DNA of 47,641 nt from a bacterium (lineage in GTDB: Bacteria; DUMJ01). This document shows positions 28,886 to 37,966 of this stretch, in pieces. Every line of letters begins with the position of its first letter. Position 1 is the first letter of the stretch. Where the stretch lies: positions 1 through 47,641 of the forward strand of contig JAOACC010000066.1 in the NCBI GenBank assembly GCA_026418035.1, in the 5' to 3' direction. The notes under the pieces were generated by a model. That model was not told the origin of the DNA. It saw only the letters and a program-made list of their open reading frames with translations, and did not search any database. The position numbers and the translations under genes were made by a program.

Positions 28886-31415
28886 CTGTTACAAGTTTAT
28901 TCCATTCTTCTTCAGAAATAGGCCTATCAAAACTTCTTAATTGACTTACCTTAAACCCGTGTTTTTTTGCTAATTCTCTAAAGTAGTTAATTCCTTCTAT
29001 TGTAAGGTCACTTCCTAGACTCATATCTGTATAATTTTTCTCTAACGCTAACATCATCGTCTCTGCCATACAGGCATAGGCTAATCCTCTCTCAAATCCA
29101 AAGTACCAACCCAAAGAGGGTTTACCAGGTATCTCTACGACTCCGCCATCGATTACTAAAACATCTGGCCTTAGCTCCTTTATTAAGGGGCTCACATTTG
29201 GCGGCCTAGATATATCGCATATAATAGCTCCAAATTTAATATAACTAGGTTCTATTAACTCTCTAGGACTATTAGTAGCGGTAACAATTATATCAGAAGA
29301 AGATACAGCTGATAAAAGATTTGTAGTAATTGTTATATAACCTTCTTTTTCAAGTAGACTTAATATTTTCTCCCAACTATCCGTATCATCGTAAGAAGGT
29401 AGAATAAGAGTTGATAGATACTCACCGATAGTTTTATTACTTGGTCTCCATCCAGATTCTAGACGTCTAGCGATATTTAGACACAGATCTATCCCAACCT
29501 TTCTCAACCTTCTAACACTAGACTTAGGATGAGAAGGATTTCCAACTAAGATTATTTTATGAATATCTTCGGATAAAAGTATCGCTAAAGCCCGCCCTAT
29601 AGACCCAGTTGCCCCTACAACACTAACAGTACTCTGACTTAGATCAATTTCTAATTTCGCCGAAGCTAGTTTTAAGGCATCTATGCTAGCAACTACAGTA
29701 TAGCTATTACCCGTAGTTAGAGGAACATACTTACCTTTAAGCAACGTCCCACCCCTAGTAATAACAGATGTATAAGCACCTAATCCAAGGATTTTTGCTC
29801 CTCTATCGACGGCAAGAGAAACGGCGGATTCAATTACCTTAATCACTTTATCCTGAGGAGTCTCTATCATCTGTCTTGCAGTATATGGAATATTAATAAA
29901 CTCACCATAAGCTGTAGCTCCATAGTCCGAATTTATTCTAACTTTCCCTATAACAAAAGGTTTTATTAAGTCTTTTCCGATCTCAGAGAAGACAGCTATC
30001 TTATCTCTAGGAAGCATTATAAGAGTTGGATCAAATTCAGAATAATTAGCGAGATCAATAGGGTGAACCAAAAAAGCAAATCGACCATCTTCTAAAGAAG
30101 GAGAAACATCTTCCCTAGGTTCTTTCTCGATAACATCTATGTTATAGAGAGAGAAATCTCCTTTACTTATATTAAGAATCGGACGTATAATTTCTGGGGT
30201 ATTCATTTCATCTAAAATATTAAAAACATCCTCAAGGGATTCAACAACTTTTTGGCATTCATCCCAGGTAGTTATAAAGGAAGGTTCTAACCTTATAACT
30301 TTATTATTCTTTAACGTGGGGGCTAATCTTATTTTCTTCTCGTTTAATAGATAACTAACAACTATTGGGACTAGATTCTCCTGCTCTGAGAGAACACTCA
30401 ATATGCTTTGAGGATAGTTTTTTCTATCCATATCTAACTCTATACCTAATAGATATCCTTTACCTCTAATATCTTTTATAAGAGTGGGGAATTTATCTTT
30501 TAGCCTTAATAACTCTCCAATTAATCTCTCCCCATTTTCTCTTATTCTCTTTATCAAACTCCTATCATCCCTAATTAAAATCTCTAAAACTTTATCAGCT
30601 ATTAAACATGCTATATTATTTCCTGCAAAAGTAGAGAAATTATTCAAGTCAAAGCCTTCCGGATAAAACTCTTCCCTAATTAGGCAGACTCCTATAGGAT
30701 ATATTCCTCCACCTAGTACTTTGCCAATAAGTAATATGTCTGGAATAAAGTCTTTTCCTTCACACAAGAAGAGAGACCCAGTTCTACCTAAGCCAGTTTG
30801 GATTTCGTCTAGGATAAACAAAATATTGTGTTTATGGCATAGCAATCTAACTTTAGACAGATAATCATCTGGGGGCAAAATTATACCACCTTCACCTTGA
30901 ATAGGCTCTACCATCAAGTCACCATAATGCTTAGCATTTTCTTCTAACTCTTCCTCCAGGGCTGTTATATCCCCATAAGGTATATATGTAAATCTTTCAT
31001 TCTGTATACCATGATAGCCACCCTTAGCGACTATCATTCTTTCCTTACCAGTCAATAGGGAAACTATCTTTGTAGCTATTTCAACTGCTTCTGTGCCAGA
31101 ATTGGCAAATACTACATACTTGAATCCTTCAGGAGCTAACTCAATTAGTCTTTCTGATACCTTCTCTTGATACTTAGATACAGAAGCTTGAACAATAGTA
31201 GGGATAGATTCCTTCTTTATCCTTTCCAAAACATCCCATATTTCAGGATAATTAAACCCAAATGGCAAAGCTCCAAAAGAGGATATAAAATCCAAATATT
31301 GGATACCACTTTCATCATAAAGATAGTTTCCTTCGCCTTTTACAAATACCTTGTCCAACCTTATAACTTCAAGCATCTTATTTAAATAAGGGTTAATATA
31401 CTTAGAGTTACTCAA
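28863..31415 (-). CDS. Fusion protein: class-III PLP aminotransferase (N-terminal) and acyl-ACP-reductase-like NAD(P)H thioester reductase (C-terminal)
   Basis: 850 aa with a TTG start. N-terminal domain has SGTEAVE, DEIQTGLGRTG and PLP-Lys GKVLGGG (K232). From about residue 445 it is collinear with cyanobacterial AAR: FAFLVHP, LGLGAYTSV, TTGNSYTV, VVGATGSIGRAL and catalytic-Cys context AYACMAETMMLALE (C782). Confidence 0.75.
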   Translation of the reverse strand: MSNSKYINPYLNKMLEVIRLDKVFVKGEGNYLYDESGIQYLDFISSFGALPFGFNYPEIWDVLERIKKESIPTIVQASVSKYQEKVSERLIELAPEGFKYVVFANSGTEAVEIATKIVSLLTGKERMIVAKGGYHGIQNERFTYIPYGDITALEEELEENAKHYGDLMVEPIQGEGGIILPPDDYLSKVRLLCHKHNILFILDEIQTGLGRTGSLFLCEGKDFIPDILLIGKVLGGGIYPIGVCLIREEFYPEGFDLNNFSTFAGNNIACLIADKVLEILIRDDRSLIKRIRENGERLIGELLRLKDKFPTLIKDIRGKGYLLGIELDMDRKNYPQSILSVLSEQENLVPIVVSYLLNEKKIRLAPTLKNNKVIRLEPSFITTWDECQKVVESLEDVFNILDEMNTPEIIRPILNISKGDFSLYNIDVIEKEPREDVSPSLEDGRFAFLVHPIDLANYSEFDPTLIMLPRDKIAVFSEIGKDLIKPFVIGKVRINSDYGATAYGEFINIPYTARQMIETPQDKVIKVIESAVSLAVDRGAKILGLGAYTSVITRGGTLLKGKYVPLTTGNSYTVVASIDALKLASAKLEIDLSQSTVSVVGATGSIGRALAILLSEDIHKIILVGNPSHPKSSVRRLRKVGIDLCLNIARRLESGWRPSNKTIGEYLSTLILPSYDDTDSWEKILSLLEKEGYITITTNLLSAVSSSDIIVTATNSPRELIEPSYIKFGAIICDISRPPNVSPLIKELRPDVLVIDGGVVEIPGKPSLGWYFGFERGLAYACMAETMMLALEKNYTDMSLGSDLTIEGINYFRELAKKHGFKVSQLRSFDRPISEEEWNKLVTARQKDLP

Positions 31416-31487
31416 CTATAGCCTTCCTCCTATAAAACTTATTCTCATTTATTCTATCAAAAATAAAATCCCAATACAAACCCTGAT

Positions 31488-32399
31488 GTGTTATGGTATA
31501 ATGAATTACAAATGAAAGTCAGTGTGGTTATTCCTACTAGAAATAGAGCAAAGATAGTTTCTAAGTGTATAGAACATATCTTAAATCAGGACTATCATCA
31601 GTATGAGGTAATAGTAATAGATGATGGAAGTGAAGATAACACCTTAGAAAGCCTAAAAGGGTTTTCAAGTTATAAAAACCTTAAGTTTATCCCATTATCT
31701 GAAAGAAAAGGTCCAGCTTTCTGCAGAAATCTCGGGGTAAAGGAGAGCCAAGGAGAGCTGATAATCTTTATAGACAGCGATATATTTGTTCTTCCTAATT
31801 TTATAAACAGTCATGTAAAGGTTCATAAAAGTCACCCCGAAGGGGTTGTAGCAGTTGGACCAGTTATAGCCATATCTGAAATAGACAAAAAATTAGTTAG
31901 TAAGGGTTCTATATTAGATTTCTCTAACGCCTATTTTGCATCAGGTAATGCCTCTATACCTAGAGAAATATTCATGAAAATTGGTGGATTTGACGAGATA
32001 TTCAATGTCTATGGCTGGGAAGATATAGATTTTGGATTGAAACTTAAGAAATTTGGGATAAATTCTATTAAAGTTCCAGATGCGATAGGATACCACTATC
32101 AGCCATTACCAAATGAGAATAACCTAAAGGCTCTTATAGAAAAAGAAAAAGAAAGGGCTAAAAGTGCAGTTTACCTTTATAAAAAATATCCAACCTTTGA
32201 AGTTAGACTTATGATTCAGAATACCTTATTTCATAGAATCTTAAATCAGCTACTTACTGGTCTCGGATATATAGATGAAAAGAGATTAGTTAAAATCTTG
32301 AATTCTAATAAAAGCTTCAATTACAAAAGATTTTTTCTAACTGTCTTCCTTACCAAAATATATTTAAAAGCTTTAAAGGAGGAGATAAAAAATCTGTAA
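31488..32399 (+). CDS. Family-2 glycosyltransferase
   Basis: VVIPTRNR, IDDGSED and FIDSD (DxD) motifs. The more likely start is the ATG at 31512 (MKVSVVIPTRN) rather than the GTG at 31488. Confidence 0.8.
   Translation: MLWYNELQMKVSVVIPTRNRAKIVSKCIEHILNQDYHQYEVIVIDDGSEDNTLESLKGFSSYKNLKFIPLSERKGPAFCRNLGVKESQGELIIFIDSDIFVLPNFINSHVKVHKSHPEGVVAVGPVIAISEIDKKLVSKGSILDFSNAYFASGNASIPREIFMKIGGFDEIFNVYGWEDIDFGLKLKKFGINSIKVPDAIGYHYQPLPNENNLKALIEKEKERAKSAVYLYKKYPTFEVRLMIQNTLFHRILNQLLTGLGYIDEKRLVKILNSNKSFNYKRFFLTVFLTKIYLKALKEEIKNL
31494..31502 (+). promoter_or_regulatory. Extended -10 element (TGGTATAAT) immediately upstream of the GT2 ATG
   Basis: TG at 31494-31495 and TATAAT at 31497-31502, leaving only 9 nt before the ATG at 31512. 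Confidence 0.35.
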
Positions 32400-32441
32400 G
32401 CAGGGTAAGAACTTACCCCGCTAATATAAGGAGGTAAAGTT

Positions 32442-32927
32442 ATGAATAGAACTTACTCTCTAGAAGAAATAATAGAAATTGCAGTAAAAATTGAAGAGGA
32501 TGGAGTGATATTTTACGAAACTCTAGCTAATAGGACTAAAGTCAAGGGGACCGCAGAAACGTATAGGTATCTGGCAGGGGAAGAAAAAGAACATATAGCG
32601 ATATTCAGGTCTATATATAAAGATATAACTGGAAGAAAGTTTGAAAAGGCTTTCACTGAAGAGGAAGCTAACTTATATATACATTCTCTAGTGGAAAATA
32701 GAATATTTAAAAACAAAGAAGAAATGGCAAAATTTGTGGAAAATATAAACGATGAGTTTTCAGTAATAGAATTAGCCATTCAAATAGAAAAAGATACCAT
32801 TCTTTACTATTACGAAATCTTAGAAGGATTAGAAGATAAAGAAAGAAATCTGGTAAAAGAAATCATAAATCAAGAGAAAGTTCATATATACAGATTAACA
32901 AATCTCAAAAATATACTAAGGGGCTAG
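32442..32927 (+). CDS. Rubrerythrin/ferritin-like diiron four-helix-bundle protein without a rubredoxin domain
   Basis: 161 aa. Two E...ExxH half-sites (EEKEHIAIF and QEKVHIYRL). AGGAGG RBS. Confidence 0.7.
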   Translation: MNRTYSLEEIIEIAVKIEEDGVIFYETLANRTKVKGTAETYRYLAGEEKEHIAIFRSIYKDITGRKFEKAFTEEEANLYIHSLVENRIFKNKEEMAKFVENINDEFSVIELAIQIEKDTILYYYEILEGLEDKERNLVKEIINQEKVHIYRLTNLKNILRG

Positions 32928-32940
32928 AATTAGCCCCTTA
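32917..32940. terminator. Bidirectional terminator hairpin between convergent genes
   Basis: TAAGGGGCTA, GAAT loop, TAGCCCCTTA: a 10-bp stem that overlaps the rubrerythrin-like stop codon, 7 nt from the tal stop. Confidence 0.6.
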
Positions 32941-32946
32941 GTATTT

Positions 32947-33600
32947 CTATAATTCAGGATTTGGAACCTTCTTCCAGTCTTCAAGGAATCTCTTAAGCCC
33001 TATATCGGTAAGCGGATGATGGAAAAGCTGTTCTAAAACTTTAAATGGAGCAGTAACTATATGTGCCCCTAACCTTGCTGCCTGTAATATATGGATTGGA
33101 TGCCTTACACTAGCCACAATTATCTCTGTTGTATATCCATAGTTATTAAATATGGTAAGTATATCTTCTACTACCTGCATTCCCTCATTAGATATGTCAT
33201 CCCATCTACCAATAAAAGGACTTACATAGTTAGCTCCAGCCTTTGCTGCTATAAGAGCCTGAGTTGGAGAAAATGTAAGAGTAACATTTGTTTTTATCCC
33301 TCTACTAGAAAGCTCTTTAACAGCCATAATACCCTCAGTTGTCATAGGTATCTTTATTACTACATTTGGGGCTAAACTTGCCAATTTTATTGCCTCTTTA
33401 ACCATACCTTCTGCATCGGTGCTTATCACTTCCAGATTTACAGGACCATCAACTATATTTAATATCTCCATTACGACTTCTTTAAAAGGTCTATTTTCCC
33501 TAGATATGATAGTGGGATTAGTAGTTACCCCATCCAATAAACCCCACCTTTTTATCTGCTTTATTTCTTCTATATTAGCAGTATCAGCGAAAAACTTCAT
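32947..33600 (-). CDS. tal: Transaldolase / fructose-6-phosphate aldolase (short TalC/Fsa type)
   Basis: 217 aa with [20 protein letters not shown] and Schiff-base Lys context VVIKIPMT. Confidence 0.9.
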   Translation of the reverse strand: MKFFADTANIEEIKQIKRWGLLDGVTTNPTIISRENRPFKEVVMEILNIVDGPVNLEVISTDAEGMVKEAIKLASLAPNVVIKIPMTTEGIMAVKELSSRGIKTNVTLTFSPTQALIAAKAGANYVSPFIGRWDDISNEGMQVVEDILTIFNNYGYTTEIIVASVRHPIHILQAARLGAHIVTAPFKVLEQLFHHPLTDIGLKRFLEDWKKVPNPEL

Positions 33601-33604
33601 ATTA

Positions 33605-34303
33605 TCAACCTCCTAGATATGCCTTTTTAACTGCTTCATTATTAAGCAATTCTCTCCCTGTTCCTTCCATAACTACCCGTCCTGTCTCAATAACATATGC
33701 TCTGTGTGCAATCTGAAGAGCCATATAAGCATTCTGCTCAACTAGAAGTATAGTGACTCCCTGTTTATTTATCTCTTGTATAGTCTCAAATATATTAAGA
33801 ACTAATAAGGGAGCTAATCCTAAAGAGGGCTCATCTAACAACATAACTTGAGGCTTACCCATAAGAGCTCTTGCTATAGCTAGCATCTGTTGCTCTCCAC
33901 CGCTTAAAGTTCCTGCTTTTTGTTTTTGTCTTTCTTTCAATCTTGGAAAGAGGGAGAAGACCCATTCTAGATCTCTTGATATATCATCTTTTCTCAGATA
34001 AGCTCCCATAAGTAGATTCTCCATAACAGTAAGGTTACCAAAAACTCTTCTTCCTTCAGGAACTTGAAGAATACCTAAACTAGCTATCTCGTGAGGAGCC
34101 ATCTTAGTCAAATCATAATCATTAAAAGTAATCTTACCTTTTCTAGGTCTTATAAGTCCAGATATGGTTTTTAAAGTAGTAGTCTTACCAGCACCGTTAG
34201 CCCCTATAAGTGTGACAATTTCTCCATCATTTACATTTAGAGATACTTCCTTTAAAGCCCTTATAACTCCATAATATACATCAATCCCATCTACCTTTAA
34301 CAT
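33605..34303 (-). CDS. livF: LivF-type branched-chain amino-acid ABC transporter ATP-binding protein (orphan)
   Basis: 232 aa. Walker [10 protein letters not shown], signature LSGGEQQML, Walker B MLLDEPS. LivF-typical N-terminus (YYG...[19 protein letters not shown]). Confidence 0.85.
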   Translation of the reverse strand: MLKVDGIDVYYGVIRALKEVSLNVNDGEIVTLIGANGAGKTTTLKTISGLIRPRKGKITFNDYDLTKMAPHEIASLGILQVPEGRRVFGNLTVMENLLMGAYLRKDDISRDLEWVFSLFPRLKERQKQKAGTLSGGEQQMLAIARALMGKPQVMLLDEPSLGLAPLLVLNIFETIQEINKQGVTILLVEQNAYMALQIAHRAYVIETGRVVMEGTGRELLNNEAVKKAYLGG

Positions 34304-35610
34304 TACCTAGTCACTCCTGTAAATTGAAATCTATCAATCTTTAATGCTGGGACTAAAGTAGGAAAAATGAAATGTTCGCCAGCTCTAAAAATGTCTTTTC
34401 CTATAAGCTCTACAGAGTTTAATGCTTCCAGAATACTCTGTGTAAACCTCATATTCTTTACTGGAGTCATTACTTCTCCATCTTCTATCAAAAATGTCCC
34501 ATCTCTAGTCATTCCAGTAATTATAGTTTTAATAGGATCCACAATGTTAGTATAATGAAATCTTGTAATTAGTATTCCTCTCTTAGTAGAAGTTATCATC
34601 TCTTCCAAAGAACTATCTCCTGGTAAAAGTGTAAGATTAAAAGGAAGAGGACCATCTGTATTGGGTTGGGGCAGGGAATTTCCTGTAGATTCTCTTCCTG
34701 CTTTTTTAGCATATTTAAAATCGTAAACTAAATTTTTGGCTACACCCTTATCTATAAGTGCTACATCTTTCCTGGGAAGACCTTCAAAGTCAAAGAGGAA
34801 ACTTATAGTCTTAGGATGAGAAGGATAATCCCATATACTAATTAGATCAGAAGTAATCTTCTCCCCAAGTTTCCCTACTAGAAAACTTCTCTTCTCTTCA
34901 AACTGCTTTGCACCAAAGCCCATTAGACCTAAAAAAGATATAAGGGTACCTACTGCTTGAGGTTCTAAGATTACCGTATAATATCCAGGCGACAATTCAA
35001 TAGGATTACGTCCTTTTCTAGCCTTATAACTAGCAATATTAGCAAGAGAAACAAAATCTATATCCTCTAAATCCTTCTCCATAGTATAAACATAACCACT
35101 CGAATCATTATCCTGAACTACAGATTCTAAAGAGACCATAGATAGATTATCCTCTAAGCTTATACCGTTCGAATTAACTATAACCATAGTGATATTATTT
35201 ACCTCTAAAGCTCCAGAAGCGTTTAAGTTACCGGTAGCATCAATAAAATCTTTAACTTTCTGTGCTAAAACTTCCGGACTAATTTCTTTATATTCTTTCT
35301 TCTTAGTCTCTACAGTAATAGGACTTGGAAGGCCAAAATACTCTGGATCAGGAGGTGCTATTTTAGCCATTGCTATAGCTCTTTCTATAGCAGAATCTAA
35401 AACATCCTTAGAAAATTGATTAACTGTCACCTTACCAGTTTTACTATCAATTACAACTCTTATAGATAATTCCGTCTCTTCTACCGAAACATTTTGATGT
35501 ATATAAGAATTGGCAAATCTAGTAAGTATACGTTTATTAGATATAAAAAGACATTCTACATCCATTCCTCTAGTCTTGTCTATTATATATTCTAACGAAT
35601 CTTTATACAT
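34303..35610 (-). CDS. pmbA: PmbA/TldE (peptidase U62 family, non-catalytic partner)
   Basis: 435 aa, U62-family sequence lacking HExxxH, immediately downstream of tldD. Confidence 0.8.
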   Translation of the reverse strand: MYKDSLEYIIDKTRGMDVECLFISNKRILTRFANSYIHQNVSVEETELSIRVVIDSKTGKVTVNQFSKDVLDSAIERAIAMAKIAPPDPEYFGLPSPITVETKKKEYKEISPEVLAQKVKDFIDATGNLNASGALEVNNITMVIVNSNGISLEDNLSMVSLESVVQDNDSSGYVYTMEKDLEDIDFVSLANIASYKARKGRNPIELSPGYYTVILEPQAVGTLISFLGLMGFGAKQFEEKRSFLVGKLGEKITSDLISIWDYPSHPKTISFLFDFEGLPRKDVALIDKGVAKNLVYDFKYAKKAGRESTGNSLPQPNTDGPLPFNLTLLPGDSSLEEMITSTKRGILITRFHYTNIVDPIKTIITGMTRDGTFLIEDGEVMTPVKNMRFTQSILEALNSVELIGKDIFRAGEHFIFPTLVPALKIDRFQFTGVTR

Positions 35611-37050
35611 CTACTTCACCCCCACCCTTACATTTCTAAATCTAGCTGGACTTGTCCCATGACCTACATGAGCTAACTGTCCTGGCTGTCCTTTACCACA
35701 GTTTGGGACACCCCATATCTTCCATTCACTAGAACCACAAACTGCATCTAGAGAGCTCCAAAATTCTGGAGTAATACCTGTATAGTTTGGATTTTTTAAA
35801 ATCCTAGTCAACTTTCCATCCTTAATCTCCCAAGCTATCTCTAAACCAAATTGGAAATTAAGTCTTTTATCGTCTATAGACCAACTTTTATTGGTGCACA
35901 TAAAGATACCTTCATCTGTATCTTTTATAAGATCTTCTAAAGTTCCAGTCCCTGGCTCAAGATTAATATTGGTCATTCTAATAAGAGGTATATTTTTCCA
36001 GCCATCTGCCCTACAAGTCCCATTAGAAGTTTCACCTAAAATGCAAGCTGTCTCTCTATTAGTTAAGAAGTTAAGCAAAATACCTTCTCTAACTATATCA
36101 ACCCTCTGAGCAGGTATGCCTTCATCATCGTATCCGAAAGAACCTAGACCATTAGGTAAGGTAGCATCTGCAGTAATATTCATAATCTTAGATCCATATT
36201 TGAGCCTGCCCCTATCATTTACAGATATAAAACTAGTTCCAGCATAACTCGCTTCCATACCTAATATCCTATCAAGCTCAATGGGATGGCCAATAGATTC
36301 ATGAACCTGTAAAGCAACTTGAGATCCATCGAGTATAAGTGTCGTCACAGTAGATGGACATTCTGAGGCATCTAATAAGGCACTTGCTTCTTCTGCTATT
36401 CTCTGAGCATTATCTAGAAGATTTATCTCTTCTATCAACTCATAACCTCTAGTCTCATATTGCCCACCAAAAGAATTAGGATAACTTCTCCTCTGGACAT
36501 CTCCCTCTCTTATACCATAAGCACATATTCCACTGCCACTTTCAATTATATGCTGAAAAATCTCTGTACCTTCACTGTTCACAAAAAATTTCTCAGTTTC
36601 CCAGAAATCCATACTTCCTTCTGCTATCTTTACATCTTTAACCTTAGTCATAATCTTTGTAGCTTCAATAAGTAGACTTACCTTTTTATCTAAGGGAACT
36701 TCAAAAGGATTTATCTTAACTAAATTCTTCCAATTAGCTATTATCCTTTTTGCTGGAGAGAGTTCTACATTTCTCCTTTTAGTTAAACTACTAGCACGAG
36801 CTATATCAACAGCTTTTTTTGCTGTCTCTATAATATTATTTTTATCTAGAATTGACGTGCCAGCAAACCCCCAAGAACCATTAGCTATAACCCTTATACC
36901 TATCCCCTCTTCTACTCTATCTATCAATTCCTCTACTAATTCATTCTTTACATTTATCCCTTGCCGTCTACTCTTTATAACCCTTACCTCACAAAAAGTA
37001 GCCCCATATTCTAGGGCTGTATTTAAAGCTAAATAAGCCATATCTCTCAT
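35611..37050 (-). CDS. tldD: TldD metalloprotease (peptidase U62)
   Basis: 479 aa with the HExxxH site HESIGH in QVHESIGHPIELD and a typical C-terminus GHGTSPARFRNVRVGV. Confidence 0.85.
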   Translation of the reverse strand: MRDMAYLALNTALEYGATFCEVRVIKSRRQGINVKNELVEELIDRVEEGIGIRVIANGSWGFAGTSILDKNNIIETAKKAVDIARASSLTKRRNVELSPAKRIIANWKNLVKINPFEVPLDKKVSLLIEATKIMTKVKDVKIAEGSMDFWETEKFFVNSEGTEIFQHIIESGSGICAYGIREGDVQRRSYPNSFGGQYETRGYELIEEINLLDNAQRIAEEASALLDASECPSTVTTLILDGSQVALQVHESIGHPIELDRILGMEASYAGTSFISVNDRGRLKYGSKIMNITADATLPNGLGSFGYDDEGIPAQRVDIVREGILLNFLTNRETACILGETSNGTCRADGWKNIPLIRMTNINLEPGTGTLEDLIKDTDEGIFMCTNKSWSIDDKRLNFQFGLEIAWEIKDGKLTRILKNPNYTGITPEFWSSLDAVCGSSEWKIWGVPNCGKGQPGQLAHVGHGTSPARFRNVRVGVK

Positions 37051-37068
37051 AGATTCAACTCCTCAAAA

Positions 37069-37851
37069 TCATAAAGTCTTACTAAACCAATCTATTACAT
37101 TATCAATAACCATCTTTTCCCAAATAACAGAATTAAATGTATGGTCAGCATCTTCTATGATAAATAATCTAGTCTCTGCAGGTCTTTCCTTTAATGCGTT
37201 ATAGTAGTTATAAGCAGCATCTACAGGAACTATATCATCCTTAGAACCATGAATAATAAAGACTGGACCCCTAAAATTTTTAATCTTATCAACTGGACAA
37301 ATATTAGGCAATTCTTCTATAAAATTTATAGATAATTGCCAACCCGCATAATCCACAAAACCATCAGCTCTTATTCTTTCTTCCGGATACTGGGTCTTTA
37401 TCCTTTCAGCTAGAGGAGACAGATTCGCTACAGCAGAAAGAAGGACTGTAGATTTTATATCACCCCTATCTCCAGCCACATAACTAGCAATAGCACCCCC
37501 CATACTTAAGCCTAAAATTCCTATCCTAGAAGAATCTACATAACTCTGCTGTTTCAAAAAGTCAACAGCTGTAAAAGCATCCTCAACCTCCCCTGAAAAA
37601 GTCATCTCTATAAATTCCCCTTCACTATCTCCAGACCCATAGAAATCAAACCTTAAGACATTAATCCCAGAAGATGCTAATCTTCTACCTATTTTAACAA
37701 AAAGACGATGTGGTTCTATCTTGTTACCAGTAAAACCATGAAAGAGGACAACACCAGGATTTTTTACTTTACAATCGGCTATATGAAATATTCCTACTAA
37801 TCTACGCCCTTCTCTTCCAAAAACAACAGGGATTTCCATAGTTAACATCAT
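37069..37851 (-). CDS. Alpha/beta-fold hydrolase
   Basis: 260 aa. Nucleophile elbow GLSMGG, HG oxyanion motif (LFHGFTG) and a late DADH catalytic His context. Confidence 0.75.
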   Translation of the reverse strand: MMLTMEIPVVFGREGRRLVGIFHIADCKVKNPGVVLFHGFTGNKIEPHRLFVKIGRRLASSGINVLRFDFYGSGDSEGEFIEMTFSGEVEDAFTAVDFLKQQSYVDSSRIGILGLSMGGAIASYVAGDRGDIKSTVLLSAVANLSPLAERIKTQYPEERIRADGFVDYAGWQLSINFIEELPNICPVDKIKNFRGPVFIIHGSKDDIVPVDAAYNYYNALKERPAETRLFIIEDADHTFNSVIWEKMVIDNVIDWFSKTL

Positions 37852-37911
37852 CTCCCCTTCTATTAATTTACTAATAGAATATCATAATGAGATAAAAAAA
37901 TGCAAATAGTA

Positions 37912-37948
37912 AAGGCTAGCATCTTCAAACTAAGAAGATGCTAGCCTT
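37912..37948 (-). terminator. Terminator hairpin after hcp
   Basis: Perfect 15-bp stem AAGGCTAGCATCTTC / GAAGATGCTAGCCTT with a 7-nt loop. A T7 run lies 11 nt downstream on the minus strand. Confidence 0.7.
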
Positions 37949-37966
37949 AGATCAAAAAATAAACTT

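Noticed and set aside
32403-32418. Hairpin GGGTAA-GAAC-TTACCC between the GT2 and rubrerythrin-like genes as a possible terminator
   Set aside because: It has only 6 bp and no T-tract. The two genes are more likely co-transcribed.
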